Positions 8,947 through 20,300 are shown, numbered from the stretch's first letter. The stretch is 64,000 bases of DNA from an uncultured Clostridia bacterium (GCA_934754335.1 CAKVHY010000003.1:419-64418); one strand, 5' to 3'. The notes: generated from the letters alone by a model not told the origin. Made by a program: numbers and translations.

Positions 8947-9591
8947 TTATCTTTCATAATGATACGTGAAGATATCTTCTTCTTGTTCTTTAAAATATAA
9001 ATGCTTCATTATCTTTTTATCGGCACTTGCCAAAGTTTGTTCAACATCAATTGGTTTATATAGATCATTTGAAGATTTTATAAACGAATATCCGTTTTTG
9101 AAATAAAAGTCTGCCGCTGCATTTCGATTTATTTCTTCACTAGGATAGAACAATCCTCTAATCATTGGTTGTTTATCATGCTCTTTATAATCAACATATT
9201 TGTTTTCATCACAATATTTTGCAAAGAAATAATCTTGCAATTGAAGAAGAGTGGTTCCAACACCTTTTCTTTGTTGTTCATACATTGTATGAATTAAACC
9301 CAAATACGAATAAGGAACTCCAACAAAATCTTCCTCATCGATTTCTTTCAAAGGCAAATCGCCAGAACGAATATTTTTGCATGCCATATCAAATTCATTA
9401 TAAGAATAATGTGGCTTAAAATATGAACTTAAATAACCTGCGTATATAAATGGGCGCAATCTAGAATTCTTCATTTTAACATACGCTGTTATTTCTAAAT
9501 GAGCAAGCGAATGTTGCTTATCTTGATATGATTGCACAATATATGCCTTTAGTTCTTCGCCCTTATCTGTGAACATAGTTCTATCTCTCAT
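8947..9591 (-). CDS. GNAT-family N-acetyltransferase, paralogue 1 of 3
   Basis: Motif A QRKGVGTTLLQLQDYFFAKY; C-terminal FYFKNGYSF; alignable over full length with the two upstream ORFs. Confidence 0.65.
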   Translation of the reverse strand: MRDRTMFTDKGEELKAYIVQSYQDKQHSLAHLEITAYVKMKNSRLRPFIYAGYLSSYFKPHYSYNEFDMACKNIRSGDLPLKEIDEEDFVGVPYSYLGLIHTMYEQQRKGVGTTLLQLQDYFFAKYCDENKYVDYKEHDKQPMIRGLFYPSEEINRNAAADFYFKNGYSFIKSSNDLYKPIDVEQTLASADKKIMKHLYFKEQEEDIFTYHYER

Positions 9592-9600
9592 ATTTTCCCC

Positions 9601-10221
9601 CTATTTTTCAAAATCTCTATATTCTTTAATTTTCAACTCTTCAAATTTTTCATACTTTGGATCTGCCAAAATCTCTTTTGCCGTGAATTCTCTCAACAAA
9701 TCCCAATGTCCCTCCACAAATTCAAAATTATTCTTTCTATAAAACATTTCAGTGGACTTTCTATCACTTTCAAGCATTGGCACAAACCAGCCTCTAACTG
9801 CAGATTTTGCATTTTCATCACAAACCTTACTTGCATATTTTGCAAGCAAATAATCCTGCAATTGTAGCATTGTCGAACCAATTCCCTTTTGTCTTGCACT
9901 TTCAGCAACGTTAATCATTCCCAAATACGAATATGGAATGTTTTCATAGTTGCTTTCATTAATCTTTTTAAGTTCAAGATCCCTAGAATAATCGTTTTTA
10001 TTCAGTGAATGTACTTCTTCTTTAGAGTAATTAGACATTCTAGGATAAAATATGGCAGTTAGATTTCCCACCAAATCTGTATAATGATAAAACACCTTGT
10101 TTTTATTTTTTATATATGCAGAAACAAGTACTTCTTGCAATAAATATTGCTTATCTTTATATATTTTAACAACATCTAATTTAATTTCTTCATCTTTATC
10201 AGCCAAAAAAATCTGCTTCAT
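9601..10221 (-). CDS. GNAT-family N-acetyltransferase, paralogue 2 of 3
   Basis: Motif A RQKGIGSTMLQLQDYLLAKY; FYRKNNFEFV. Confidence 0.65.
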   Translation of the reverse strand: MKQIFLADKDEEIKLDVVKIYKDKQYLLQEVLVSAYIKNKNKVFYHYTDLVGNLTAIFYPRMSNYSKEEVHSLNKNDYSRDLELKKINESNYENIPYSYLGMINVAESARQKGIGSTMLQLQDYLLAKYASKVCDENAKSAVRGWFVPMLESDRKSTEMFYRKNNFEFVEGHWDLLREFTAKEILADPKYEKFEELKIKEYRDFEK

Positions 10222-10849
10222 TATTATACCCTTGTCCTCGATATTCTATATAATCTTTTACGGGAAAACTATCATATATTTCACAATTTGAATTTTCAAT
10301 TATTTTTTTAGGTTCAATTTCTTTAAATAAATCGATTTTGGCATTCTTTACAAATTCAAAACCATTATTTCTATAAAATTTCTCAGTTGAATATCTTTGT
10401 CCTTGCGCAAATGGTAAAAAATAGCCCCTGATCACACCTTTTTTTGCAGTAGTTTCTTCTAATGAGTACTTTGCAAATAAATGCTCCATCATATCAATCA
10501 TTGCAGACCCAACACCTTTTCTTCTTTCGTTATATAGCACTTCCACCATAGATAAATATGAATAAGCATGATTTTCATAATCTTTTTCATTTATTTTCTT
10601 TAAATCAAAATCATAAGAAAAATCATTTTTCCTAGTAATTTCGGAAAAATCTACATTATCAAGGGGTCTAGGATAAAAATGTGCATCTAAATTCCCAGCA
10701 AATCTATAAGGAAAAACAATATTTGTTTTATCTTTAATAAACGCAAGAATTGTTATCTCCTGATTACTATGGGAAGGGTTTGTATAAGTTCTTTCAATAT
10801 TAAATTTAACTTCTTCACCTGTTCTTGTGAAAATTGTTGGCTCGTCCAT
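10199..10849 (-). CDS. GNAT-family N-acetyltransferase, paralogue 3 of 3
   Basis: Motif A RRKGVGSAMIDMMEHLFAKY; FYRNNGFEFV; AAGGAG RBS before the ATG at 10849. Confidence 0.65.
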   Translation of the reverse strand: MDEPTIFTRTGEEVKFNIERTYTNPSHSNQEITILAFIKDKTNIVFPYRFAGNLDAHFYPRPLDNVDFSEITRKNDFSYDFDLKKINEKDYENHAYSYLSMVEVLYNERRKGVGSAMIDMMEHLFAKYSLEETTAKKGVIRGYFLPFAQGQRYSTEKFYRNNGFEFVKNAKIDLFKEIEPKKIIENSNCEIYDSFPVKDYIEYRGQGYNNEADFFG

Positions 10850-10940
10850 AAATCTCCTTACCTGGGATTTTTAGTTTATCACAAAGCAAATCTTTTTTCA
10901 ATACCTTTGAAAAAGAAAAAAGACTTCAATAAAAGTCCTT

Positions 10941-11309
10941 TTAAAATGCATTTTCTATATACGAAATCTCATCTTGTACAATATCTATAACATCAAATCT
11001 AACAGCCGAATCCATTCTAGATTTCATTTTTAGATACGCAAGTGCCACCTGTCTTATCTTATTTTGTTTATAAAAATTAACCCTTTCTCGAGGCAATCCA
11101 AACATTTTACTACTAGAATATTTAACTTCTATAAAAACTATTGTTTTCTTATCAAGAGCAATGATATCAATTTCGCCAATCTTATTTTTATGATTTGTTT
11201 CTAAAATCTTAAATTTTAACGTGTTCTTAACATAATCCACAGCCTGCGATTCAGCAATACTTCCTGAAACAGTATTAAAACTTTTATTTTTCAGCATTGT
11301 TTTCTCCAA
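10941..11309 (-). CDS. yraN: YraN-family (UPF0102) endonuclease-like protein
   Basis: GEIDIIALDKKTIVFIEVKYSSS...FGLPRERV...K..KIRQVALAYL, and the conserved position after rnhB. Confidence 0.8.
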   Translation of the reverse strand: MEKTMLKNKSFNTVSGSIAESQAVDYVKNTLKFKILETNHKNKIGEIDIIALDKKTIVFIEVKYSSSKMFGLPRERVNFYKQNKIRQVALAYLKMKSRMDSAVRFDVIDIVQDEISYIENAF

Positions 11310-11898
11310 CGAAATGTTTTATAAAACTATTTCTATGTATAGCACATTTACCATATTTTTTTAACGCTTCAATATGTTCTTTTGTGCCATAACCTTTATG
11401 CTTTTTAAAATTATATTCCGGATACATTCCATCTAGTTGAACCATTAATCTATCTCTCGCCACTTTCGCAAGTATTGATGCACAAGCAATGTTATAACTT
11501 TTAGCATCACCTTTAATTATGCCAATTGTTTTAACATTTTCATTCAGCTGAACTGCATCAATTAGCACCAAGTCTGGTACAGGATTCAAGGCTTCAATAC
11601 ATTTTTTCATTCCAAGTTTTGTGGCATTTAAGATATTAATCTCATCAATAATATCAACGTCAACAAACTCAATATGATAAGAAATAGCCTTTTCAAGAAT
11701 TTGGTCAAAAAGTTTTTCTCTTTTCTTTTCTGTCAATTTCTTGGAATCATTTACGCCTTCAATTATTTCATTTTCTTGCAATGGCATTATAACCGAAGCC
11801 ACGCTCACAGGTCCAGCCAATGGTCCCCTGCCAGCCTCATCAACACCTGCAATGATTTTAACTTCATCATTTAAAAATTCTTTATCAAAATTTACCAT
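11284..11898 (-). CDS. rnhB: Ribonuclease HII
   Basis: GVDEAGRGPLAGPV, DSKKLT, ASILAKV motifs. Confidence 0.92.
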   Translation of the reverse strand: MVNFDKEFLNDEVKIIAGVDEAGRGPLAGPVSVASVIMPLQENEIIEGVNDSKKLTEKKREKLFDQILEKAISYHIEFVDVDIIDEINILNATKLGMKKCIEALNPVPDLVLIDAVQLNENVKTIGIIKGDAKSYNIACASILAKVARDRLMVQLDGMYPEYNFKKHKGYGTKEHIEALKKYGKCAIHRNSFIKHFVGENNAEK

Positions 11899-11918
11899 TT
11901 TTCTTCCTTTAAAGTAAA

Positions 11919-12800
11919 CTAATTCTTTCTATCTTTAATTTTAAGTTTTGAAATTTCCGAAACTTTTTCTAGTGTAATTTTCCCAAGTTTGCCTTGCTTG
12001 AAATCATTAATAACTGCATAAGCACCCCTATCATAATCAAGTTCAGCCTTTTTAAGCAAAAATCCCCTAGCAGTACAAATTTTTTCTAAAATTTCAACTG
12101 GCTCATCTTCATCTAGAATTTCAATATTATATCTGTTTTCAAGTATTGATTTATCTAGTGCCACAATTTCTTTAATAAAATCTAAACTAAGTTCTGCAAT
12201 ATCTAAAACATCTTCACTGATTGAACCAATATAGGCCAAATGGTGTGCAACTAATTCATTATCAAACGCAGGCCATAGCGTACCCGGAGTATCTAAAATC
12301 TCTATTTGATTGCCAAGCCTTACCCATTGAGTGGTTCTTGTAACGCCCGGCATATTAGCAGTTTTAGTCTTTCCACTACCGCATAAGTTATTAACTAAAG
12401 TGCTTTTACCGGAATTTGGAACACCAATAACCATGGCTCTTGTAATTAAAGTTATGTTCTTATTCTGAAACTTTTTAACAGTTCCTGACGTTACTTTTTT
12501 AATTGCATTCTCAAGTTTTGATGATGCACCACTTGCTGTGCTATTTAATGTTAAACAAACATTCTTGCCAGAGTTTAGATAATTACACCATTCTTGAATT
12601 TTCTTTTCATCACCCAAATCAGATTTATTTAGAACATAAATTATAGGTTTATCACCAATAAGCATAGAGAACTTAGGATTTAGGCATGCAAAAGGTGCTC
12701 TGGAATCCAAAACATAAACAATTGCATCAACAATTTTTATATCTTTTTCCATAGTTTTCAATGCTTTATTCATGTGACCTGGATACCATTGAATTACCAT
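11919..12800 (-). CDS. rbgA: Ribosome biogenesis GTPase A (YlqF/RbgA)
   Basis: IQWYPGHMNKA, circularly permuted GTPase motifs (NKSDL ... GVPNSGKST ... DTPG). Confidence 0.9.
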   Translation of the reverse strand: MVIQWYPGHMNKALKTMEKDIKIVDAIVYVLDSRAPFACLNPKFSMLIGDKPIIYVLNKSDLGDEKKIQEWCNYLNSGKNVCLTLNSTASGASSKLENAIKKVTSGTVKKFQNKNITLITRAMVIGVPNSGKSTLVNNLCGSGKTKTANMPGVTRTTQWVRLGNQIEILDTPGTLWPAFDNELVAHHLAYIGSISEDVLDIAELSLDFIKEIVALDKSILENRYNIEILDEDEPVEILEKICTARGFLLKKAELDYDRGAYAVINDFKQGKLGKITLEKVSEISKLKIKDRKN

Positions 12801-12801
12801 C

Positions 12802-13482
12802 TTATTCTCCTTTTTTATCTAACAAATCTGGTCTAAACCTCTTTGTTTGCTCTATTTTTTGAGCATCTCGCCACTTCCTAATTTCTGCATGATTACCAGA
12901 CAACAAAACATCAGGAACTTTCAAGCCCTTAAACTCTTGCGGTCTTGTGTACTGCGGATACTCCAAGTAATTATCTGAAAAACTTTCTTCGCTTGTACTA
13001 TTTGAATTATGCAAAACTTTTGGAATATACCTACAAACTGCATCAACCAACGCCATGGCAGGTATTTCTCCACCAGTTAAAACAAAATCGCCAAGGCTTA
13101 TTTGTTCATCAACACATAGTTCTATAACTCTTTCGTCAATACCCTCATAATGACCACAAACTAAAATCAAATGTTCGTAATTTTCTGCTAATGACTTAAC
13201 TTTTTTCTGCGTTAACGTTTTCCCCTTTGGACTTAAATAAACCACCCAAGAATTATCTTTTTTAACGCTATTAATACAATCATACAAAGGCTCTGGCATC
13301 ATAAGCATTCCATCGCCACCACCAAAAATATAATCGTCCACTTTGCCATGCTTATCTTTGGAAAAATCACGAATATTAATAATATTAATTTCAACTAAGT
13401 TTTTCTCCACCGCTTTGCCAATCAAACTTGTTTTTAATGGCATAAACATTTCTGGGAATAACGTTAAAATATCTATCTTCAT
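12802..13482 (-). CDS. trmD: tRNA (guanine37-N1)-methyltransferase
   Basis: MKIDILTLFPEMF ... CGHYEGIDERV ... SLGDFVLTGGE ... LLSGNHAEIRKWR. Confidence 0.95.
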   Translation of the reverse strand: MKIDILTLFPEMFMPLKTSLIGKAVEKNLVEINIINIRDFSKDKHGKVDDYIFGGGDGMLMMPEPLYDCINSVKKDNSWVVYLSPKGKTLTQKKVKSLAENYEHLILVCGHYEGIDERVIELCVDEQISLGDFVLTGGEIPAMALVDAVCRYIPKVLHNSNSTSEESFSDNYLEYPQYTRPQEFKGLKVPDVLLSGNHAEIRKWRDAQKIEQTKRFRPDLLDKKGE

Positions 13483-13991
13483 TATTCTTGCTCGCTTTCT
13501 ACTATCTCATTAAACTTTTCTTTATTTAATACTAATTTTTTTTCGGTTAAATTGAAGTTTTTAACTAATCCCTTAACAAAAGGAATTAGAGTTTCTTTAT
13601 TATCTTTTTTAACAACAAATATATCGGCAGAACCATAAGTTAGAATATTTTCAATCTTGCCAATTTCGTCTTTATCAACGAACACGTTTGAGCCAATCAA
13701 ATCTCTTATATAAAATTCATCTTTATCAAGCGTTTTTCTTTCAGAAATCTCAGCATAAATGGTCTTATTCCTTAAATTTTCAACCACATCAATATTATCT
13801 ATGCCTTTAACTTTAAAAATCTCGAAACCATCACGATGGGTTATTTTTTCAATCTCATATTTGTTATTTTCTATTACAACTTCTTTCAACTCGCTCAACA
13901 TAGAAAAATTAGAGTAATTTAATCTTACTCTAAAATGTCCTTTTAAGCCTTGTGGTTTAGTAATAACTCCAACTTCACAAAGTTTATTCAT
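13482..13991 (-). CDS. rimM: 16S rRNA processing protein RimM
   Basis: GVITKPQGLKGHFRV, the PRC-barrel C-terminal half, and synteny. Confidence 0.88.
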   Translation of the reverse strand: MNKLCEVGVITKPQGLKGHFRVRLNYSNFSMLSELKEVVIENNKYEIEKITHRDGFEIFKVKGIDNIDVVENLRNKTIYAEISERKTLDKDEFYIRDLIGSNVFVDKDEIGKIENILTYGSADIFVVKKDNKETLIPFVKGLVKNFNLTEKKLVLNKEKFNEIVESEQE

Positions 13992-14239
13992 TAATTATTT
14001 CCTTTTTCATTAATCTTCACAATATATCTTTTATTTAATCTATTGGAAGCAGACTTAACGATAGTTCTGATCGCTGTTGCAACCTTGCCATTTTTACCAA
14101 TAACTTTGCCCATATCCTTTTCAGCAACATTTATTTTCAAAACAACAACTTTTTCACTTTCATTAGTTGATTCAATTACAACCTTATCTTTTTCTTCAAC
14201 TAAATTTTCAACGATATATTTAACTAATTCTTCAACCAT
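13991..14239 (-). CDS. KH-domain RNA-binding protein (YlqC/UPF0109)
   Basis: VIGKNGKVATAIRTIV (GxxG KH motif); position between rpsP and rimM. Confidence 0.85.
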   Translation of the reverse strand: MVEELVKYIVENLVEEKDKVVIESTNESEKVVVLKINVAEKDMGKVIGKNGKVATAIRTIVKSASNRLNKRYIVKINEKGNN

Positions 14240-14249
14240 TTTTTAACCC

Positions 14250-14543
14250 TTATTTATTTTCTTTTTTCTTAACATCAGTTTTTGGGGCTCTTTTCATTGG
14301 TTTGCAGATACCAGCATTAACAAGTAATGTTCTAGCGGTTTCTGTTGGTTGAGCACCTTGTTGAAGCCAAACTTTAACTCTTTCTTCGTTTAATTTAACT
14401 TCTGCAGGTTGTTTTAATGGATTGAATGTACCTAAATTTTCAATATATTCTCCATCTCTTGCTTTTCTTGAATCAGCAACAACAACTCTATAGAAAGGTG
14501 ATTTTTTATCTCCTAATCTTGTAAGTCTAATTTTAACTGCCAT
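14250..14543 (-). CDS. rpsP: 30S ribosomal protein S16
   Basis: [26 protein letters not shown]. Confidence 0.95.
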   Translation of the reverse strand: MAVKIRLTRLGDKKSPFYRVVVADSRKARDGEYIENLGTFNPLKQPAEVKLNEERVKVWLQQGAQPTETARTLLVNAGICKPMKRAPKTDVKKKENK

Positions 14544-14605
14544 CTCTTTTCTCCTTTATAAATTCTAATATATAAAACTCATTTAATGATCAATTAAATA
14601 GTGTT

Positions 14606-15940
14606 TTATCTACCTCTAAGCATATTTGAAAGCGCAGACATTCCGCCAATGCCCTTTCCGCCTTTAAGTTTTTTCATAAGTTCTTTTGATTGATTAAATT
14701 GCTTAAGTAATGTATTTACATCTTGAATTGACGTACCACTTCCCATCGCAATTCTCTTCTTCTGGCTTCCTTTAATTCCATCTGGATTAAGCCTTTCGGC
14801 TTTTGTCATGCTAAGAATGATTGCTTTATTTTTCTCTAATTGTTTTTCGTCTGCATCACTAACATTTAGTTTATTTGCACCCGGAATCATCTTTAGAATA
14901 TCCATCATTCCGCCCATCTTTTTCATTTGTTCAAACTGCATTAGATAATCATCTAACGTGAATGAATTTTCTCTGAACTTTTTCTCTAATTTCTTAGCCT
15001 GTTCTTCATCAAAATTTTCTTGGGCCTTCTCAATCAATGTTAAAACATCGCCCATATTCAATATTCTGCTAGCCATTCTATCTGGATGGAAAACTTCAAT
15101 ATCATCCATCTTTTCGCCAACACCACAGAATTTTATAGGTTTTCCTGTAACAGCCTTAATGCTTAACGCTGCCCCGCCCCTTGTATCACCATCAAGTTTT
15201 GTTAAAATAACTCCAGTGATATCTAATTCATCATTAAATGTTGTTGCCACAGTTACAGCATCTTGACCAGTCATCGCATCAACCGTTAAAAGAATCTCTG
15301 TTGGATTTGTTATCTTTTTAATTTGCTTTAACTCGTCCATCAATTCTTCATTGATATGAAGCCTACCTGCTGTATCTATTATAACAGTGTCATAACCTTT
15401 TTTCAATGCGTAATTAACTGCGTTCTGAGCAATTTTTTCAGGTTTTGTTTTACCTTCTTCAAAAACTTCCACCCCAACGCTTGAGCCCACCAATTTTAAT
15501 TGGTTAATGGCTGCCGGTCTATAAATATCACAAGCCACTAGCATTGGTTTCTTGCCTTCTTTTTTCAACATCTTAGCAAGTTTTCCGCACATAGTTGTTT
15601 TACCAGCACCCTGCAAACCGCACATCAAAATTACTGTTGGCAATTTGCTAGACACTTCTAACTTTGCATTCTTATTGCCCATTAAGTTTGTTAATTCTTC
15701 ATGAACTATTTTAACAACTTGCTGACCAGGTGTTAAACTTTTTAAAACCTTTTCACCAATTGCTTTTTCAGAAACATTTTTAACGAAATCTTTAACAACT
15801 AAGAAATTGACATCTGCTTCAAGCAATGCCACTCTAATTTCACGCATTGCTTCTTTAATTTCAAGTTCTGTAAGTTTTCCTCTTTTGGTTAGTTTATCAA
15901 ATATATGAGACAACCTTAAACTTAAATTTCCAAATGCCAC
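14606..15940 (-). CDS. ffh: Signal recognition particle protein Ffh
   Basis: NG domain (GLQGAGKTT, DTAGR, TKLDGD) and Met-rich M domain; GTG start with a GGAGA RBS. Confidence 0.95.
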   Translation of the reverse strand: MAFGNLSLRLSHIFDKLTKRGKLTELEIKEAMREIRVALLEADVNFLVVKDFVKNVSEKAIGEKVLKSLTPGQQVVKIVHEELTNLMGNKNAKLEVSSKLPTVILMCGLQGAGKTTMCGKLAKMLKKEGKKPMLVACDIYRPAAINQLKLVGSSVGVEVFEEGKTKPEKIAQNAVNYALKKGYDTVIIDTAGRLHINEELMDELKQIKKITNPTEILLTVDAMTGQDAVTVATTFNDELDITGVILTKLDGDTRGGAALSIKAVTGKPIKFCGVGEKMDDIEVFHPDRMASRILNMGDVLTLIEKAQENFDEEQAKKLEKKFRENSFTLDDYLMQFEQMKKMGGMMDILKMIPGANKLNVSDADEKQLEKNKAIILSMTKAERLNPDGIKGSQKKRIAMGSGTSIQDVNTLLKQFNQSKELMKKLKGGKGIGGMSALSNMLRGR

Positions 15941-15953
15941 AATTTATCTCCTT

Positions 15954-16274
15954 TTAGTCGCCCTTAAACAAATCTACAATCTTTTCAACTACTGGTTTTG
16001 AAGGATCATCATCTGGTAGAGCATCTCTTATTTCTTCAATTTGAGTTAATCTTTCATACAAATGAAGTTTGCTTTCAAATTTATATAATTTTACTCTGCC
16101 TTTTCTAACAGCATCATCAACCGCTTGCTTAGAAATCCCATAGATTTTGCCAATTTCTGTTAGGCCTAAATCATTAAAAAGGAAATCTTTCAAAAGTTTT
16201 GCTTGGCTATCTGCCAATAATCCACCATAAATGTCAAACAATTTTGTAACTTTGATACTTTCTTCTAATTTCAT
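15954..16274 (-). CDS. ylxM: YlxM/UPF0122 putative DNA-binding protein
   Basis: HTH LTEIGKIYGISKQAVDDAVRKG; conserved position upstream of ffh. Confidence 0.85.
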   Translation of the reverse strand: MKLEESIKVTKLFDIYGGLLADSQAKLLKDFLFNDLGLTEIGKIYGISKQAVDDAVRKGRVKLYKFESKLHLYERLTQIEEIRDALPDDDPSKPVVEKIVDLFKGD

Positions 16275-16311
16275 ATTTAAACTCCATCAAGTCTCTTGAC
16301 TTTACATAATC

Positions 16312-16340
16312 ATTATATAACATAAAATTGACTATGTCAA
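16312..16340 (-). promoter_or_regulatory. Consensus sigma-70/sigma-A promoter for ylxM-ffh
   Basis: Minus strand reads TTGACA (16335-16340), a 17-nt spacer, then TATAAT (16312-16317); a GGAG RBS precedes the ylxM ATG. Confidence 0.6.
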
Positions 16341-16382
16341 GCCTTATTGTGTGATTTTTATAAAAAATTTTTAGGTTTTTTT

Positions 16383-16416
16383 ACAAAAAAGAAAAAAGAG
16401 ACCATATCGGTCTCTT
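16383..16416 (-). terminator. Rho-independent terminator after ftsY
   Basis: AAGAGACC-GATAT-GGTCTCTT hairpin followed by TTTTTCTTTTTT on the minus strand; overlaps the ftsY stop. Confidence 0.6.
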
Positions 16417-17302
16417 ATATAATACCTTCAACAAATTCTTTAGCGTTAAATCTTTGCAAATCGTCAATCCCTTCGCCAATTCCTATATATTTAATAGGAA
16501 TTTGATAATCTTTAACGATTGAGAATACCACGCCACCTTTCGCAGTTCCATCAAGTTTTGTAAGAATAATTCCATCAAGTCCGACAATTTCGTTAAACAT
16601 TTCAACCTGAGATAGTGCATTTTGACCAGTGGTTGCATCTAAGACTAAATAGTTTTCATGTTTACCCTGCCATTCCCTTTCAACTATTTTATTAATCTTT
16701 TTTAGTTCTTCCATAAGATTAACTTTATTATGAAGTCTACCAGCAGTATCAACCAAAACAACATCGTCTTTCTTTGCAATGGCAGATTTTATACCATCGA
16801 AAACCACCGCTCCCGGGTCTGCACCTTCATTATATCTAACAATTCTACATTTTGCTCTTTTGCTCCATTCTTCCAATTGGTCAGAAGCAGCGGCACGGAA
16901 CGTATCACCAGCAACCATCAAAACGCTTTTCTTCTCATTTTTAAATAAGTTTGCAAGTTTTCCTATTGCAGTTGTTTTTCCAACTCCATTAACCCCAACA
17001 ATAGTTATAAGTTTTGGAAACTCTTCCTCTTCCTGCTCCACAGTTAAGGTTTCAGCCATAACTTGCCTTAGAAGTTTTTTAAATTCTTCTTCAGTTTTAA
17101 TTTTTTGCTTTTTAGCCTGTTTCTTTAAACCTGAAATAATTTCTTCCGTTGCAGAAACGCTAATATCTGAAGAAATTAAAACATATTCAAGTTCTTCATA
17201 AAACTCATCATTTAACTCACCAACAAAAATTTGAGATAGTTTTGCAGCAATTTTATCTTTTGTTTTCTTTAAGCCATTAAATATTTTTGAAAAAAAGCCC
17301 AT
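16415..17302 (-). CDS. ftsY: SRP receptor FtsY (short, NG domain only)
   Basis: GVNGVGKTT, DTAGR, TKLDGTAKGG. Confidence 0.93.
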   Translation of the reverse strand: MGFFSKIFNGLKKTKDKIAAKLSQIFVGELNDEFYEELEYVLISSDISVSATEEIISGLKKQAKKQKIKTEEEFKKLLRQVMAETLTVEQEEEEFPKLITIVGVNGVGKTTAIGKLANLFKNEKKSVLMVAGDTFRAAASDQLEEWSKRAKCRIVRYNEGADPGAVVFDGIKSAIAKKDDVVLVDTAGRLHNKVNLMEELKKINKIVEREWQGKHENYLVLDATTGQNALSQVEMFNEIVGLDGIILTKLDGTAKGGVVFSIVKDYQIPIKYIGIGEGIDDLQRFNAKEFVEGII

Positions 17303-20300
17303 TATTTTACCTCCGCCATTTTAACAGCATCACTCAACTTAACAGATACAACCTTACTAACACCCTTTTCTTCCATTGTTATACCAAACAAACAATCGGA
17401 ATTTTCCATAGTTGGCTTTTTATGTGTTATACAAATAAATTGTGTTTCGTGAGAATACCTTCTTAAATATTGAACAAATCTAAATACGTTTGCTTCATCA
17501 AGTGGTGCTTCAATTTCATCGAGCAAGCAGAATGGCATTGGTTTTAATCTTAAGATTGCAAATAAGATTGCAATGGCCACTAACGCTTTTTCTCCACCTG
17601 ATAGCAACTGAGTATTCTTCAACTTTTTCTCTGGTGGTTCTGCATAAATTTCCACACCCGCTTCCAAAACATTATCTGAATCCACAAGTTCTAGTTTTGC
17701 ATTTCCGCCACCAAATAATTCTTTAAAGATTGAACCGAAATTTGTATTTATCTTATTAAATTCATTAACAAACTGGGTTGTCATCTCTTCGGATAAGTCT
17801 TTAATAATTTTCTTTATATCTTCTTCAGCCTTAATTAAATCTTGAGCCTGCTCATAAATGCCACCATGACGCTCCTGCAACAACTTATAATCTTCAATCG
17901 CATTTACGTTTACATTGCCAAGTGCTGAGATTTCTTTCTTTGTTTTAGCAATATCTTGCAACCCTAGTTTTAAATCAAACTCGGGCTTCTTATAATCCAT
18001 GGCAGTGGCATACGTAAGTTCATATTCACTCCAAACTCTTTCTTGCATTGCTTCAATATCTGTATCAACTTTCGTTAGATTCAAATCTTGAGCATATTTC
18101 TTATCTTGAAGCCTAGAAACTTCGCCAGTTAACGCCAATCTCTCTTCATCAAGATTTTTCAACGCCACTTGAAGTTCGCCCTTACTTCTTTCCAACTTTG
18201 CCAACTTCTCTTTAGTTTCACTCAATTCATTTGAGTTTTTAACAACACTTTCTTCGTTATCAATCTCAGTTACTTTATTCTGATGTTCCTTTAGAAGTTC
18301 TGTATTGTTATTATGAGTTTTAACCAAATCTTCAAGTTCTTGAGCATTTAAAGAACTTTCATATTCTAATCTTTCAATCTCACTTAAAATATTCTGCATT
18401 TCATTTGAGATTGATGCTATATTAACTTTTAATTCAGTGATTTCATTAGACAAACTTTCTTTCTTTTCTTTCAAATCACCAAAGTTATCTATATCTATGA
18501 GTTCTGCACTAACTTCGCCCTTTTCTTCACCATTTAAAACAGCCAATTCTTTATTGATACTATCTAGAATTTGAGTTGCTTTGGCTATTTCACTTTCAAG
18601 TTTGCTAAGGGACGCAAAATTATCGTTTTTACTATCAACAATACTAACGTAAATCTCATTTTCTTTAGCACAAGCAAGTTCATACTCACGCAAATTTCCT
18701 GTTTCTTGTTTTAACTCTTTGCTGATTGCCTCATATTCGCTAAGCCCGAATTTTAATGCTTCATCTTTCTTAACTCTTTCCCTTGTTGCTTCTTCAATCT
18801 CTTTAATGATGGCACCAATATCACTATCTTTAGAAAGCAAACTTGTTCCAAAGGATTTTTTACTACCACCTGTCATTGAACCAGTTGGAGCAATAATATC
18901 TCCATCTAACGTTACTATTCTAAATGAATAATTAGTTTTATTTGCAAGATTTACTGCTTCATTTATATCTGAAACAACAACAGTTGTACCAAGCAAACTT
19001 GAAATTACTGGTTCTAGATGCGAATTATATTTTATTAATGTTTTTGCCACACCAAAGCAACCTGTTGAATTTAAAACCCTTTGATAAACTGGGTCTAGAT
19101 TTCTAGGTTTTACTTTATTAATTGGCAAACATGTAATTCTACCATATTGGTTTTCTTTCAAGTACTTAATTAAATATTTTGCATCTTCTTCATTTTCAGT
19201 AACAATATTCTGAACTGCATTTCCAAGAGCCATTTCGATAGCGGTTTGATACTTTTCAGGAACTGAGATTAAGTTTGCAATAACGCCCACTATACGCTTT
19301 TTCAACTCGTTCATTCTCTCAGCATCTTTCAAAAGTCTTTTAACGCTACCATTAAAGCCTTCAAACTCTTTCTGCATATCTTCCAAAAGTTTTTTCTTTT
19401 GATGCAAACTTACAATTGATGTATTTAAACTATTAATATCTAACTCAAGTTTTTTATTCTCAGCCAACTTTTCATTTTGTTTAACAATTAAAACATCAAT
19501 CTTTTTACTACTAATTTCTTTGTTAGAATTTTCTAATTTTAAAATTCTAGAGCATTCTTTTTCAGCAGTTTCAAGTTCGTTGATTTTTGCAACCACAGCA
19601 ATCTTATCTTCAAAGTTTCTTTTGATATTTTCTTCATAAGATGTTTTCTCAGCATTCAATGCAGAAATCTTCGCTTTTGTATCTCCCAACTTGTTTAAGG
19701 ATTCAAAAATACGTTTTTGCTGAGTTTTTGCCTCATCTTCTCCGAATGCCAATTCTTTTGTTACGTTTTCATATTGCTCTTCCAAATCTGAAAGTTTGCT
19801 TCTATTTCTATTTAATTCTTCGCCAAATTTCTCTTTTCTAATTCTAGAATTTTTAAGCCTTTCAGTCATTTGCTCAGCCAACTGAGTTTTCTTTTGAATC
19901 TCTTCATTCAACCTTGATTCATCACCTGTTAGGCTTCTAATCTTTTCTTTTAAAAGCGAACTTAAACCAGCACTCTTTTCCAAACCAACTGTTAATTCCA
20001 AAATTTGCGAGTTTAAATCCTTAATATTTTGGTCTAAGTGGTTAAGTTTATCAAAGGACGAATTATATTCATCAATAACCTTTTCCAACTTATCTTGCTT
20101 AATATTTAAGTCTTCTAAAATCTCATCAATTCTTGCCTGAATAACAGCCTTATTATCGTTTGCAGAATCATATTGATAAATATAAGCATTTACTTCCAAA
20201 AGTTTTAATTTCTCTTTTAACTCCAAATATATTTTTGCAGTTTCAGATTGCTTTTGCAAAGGTTTTAATTGCCTATCAATTTCATTTAAAACATTTGTAA

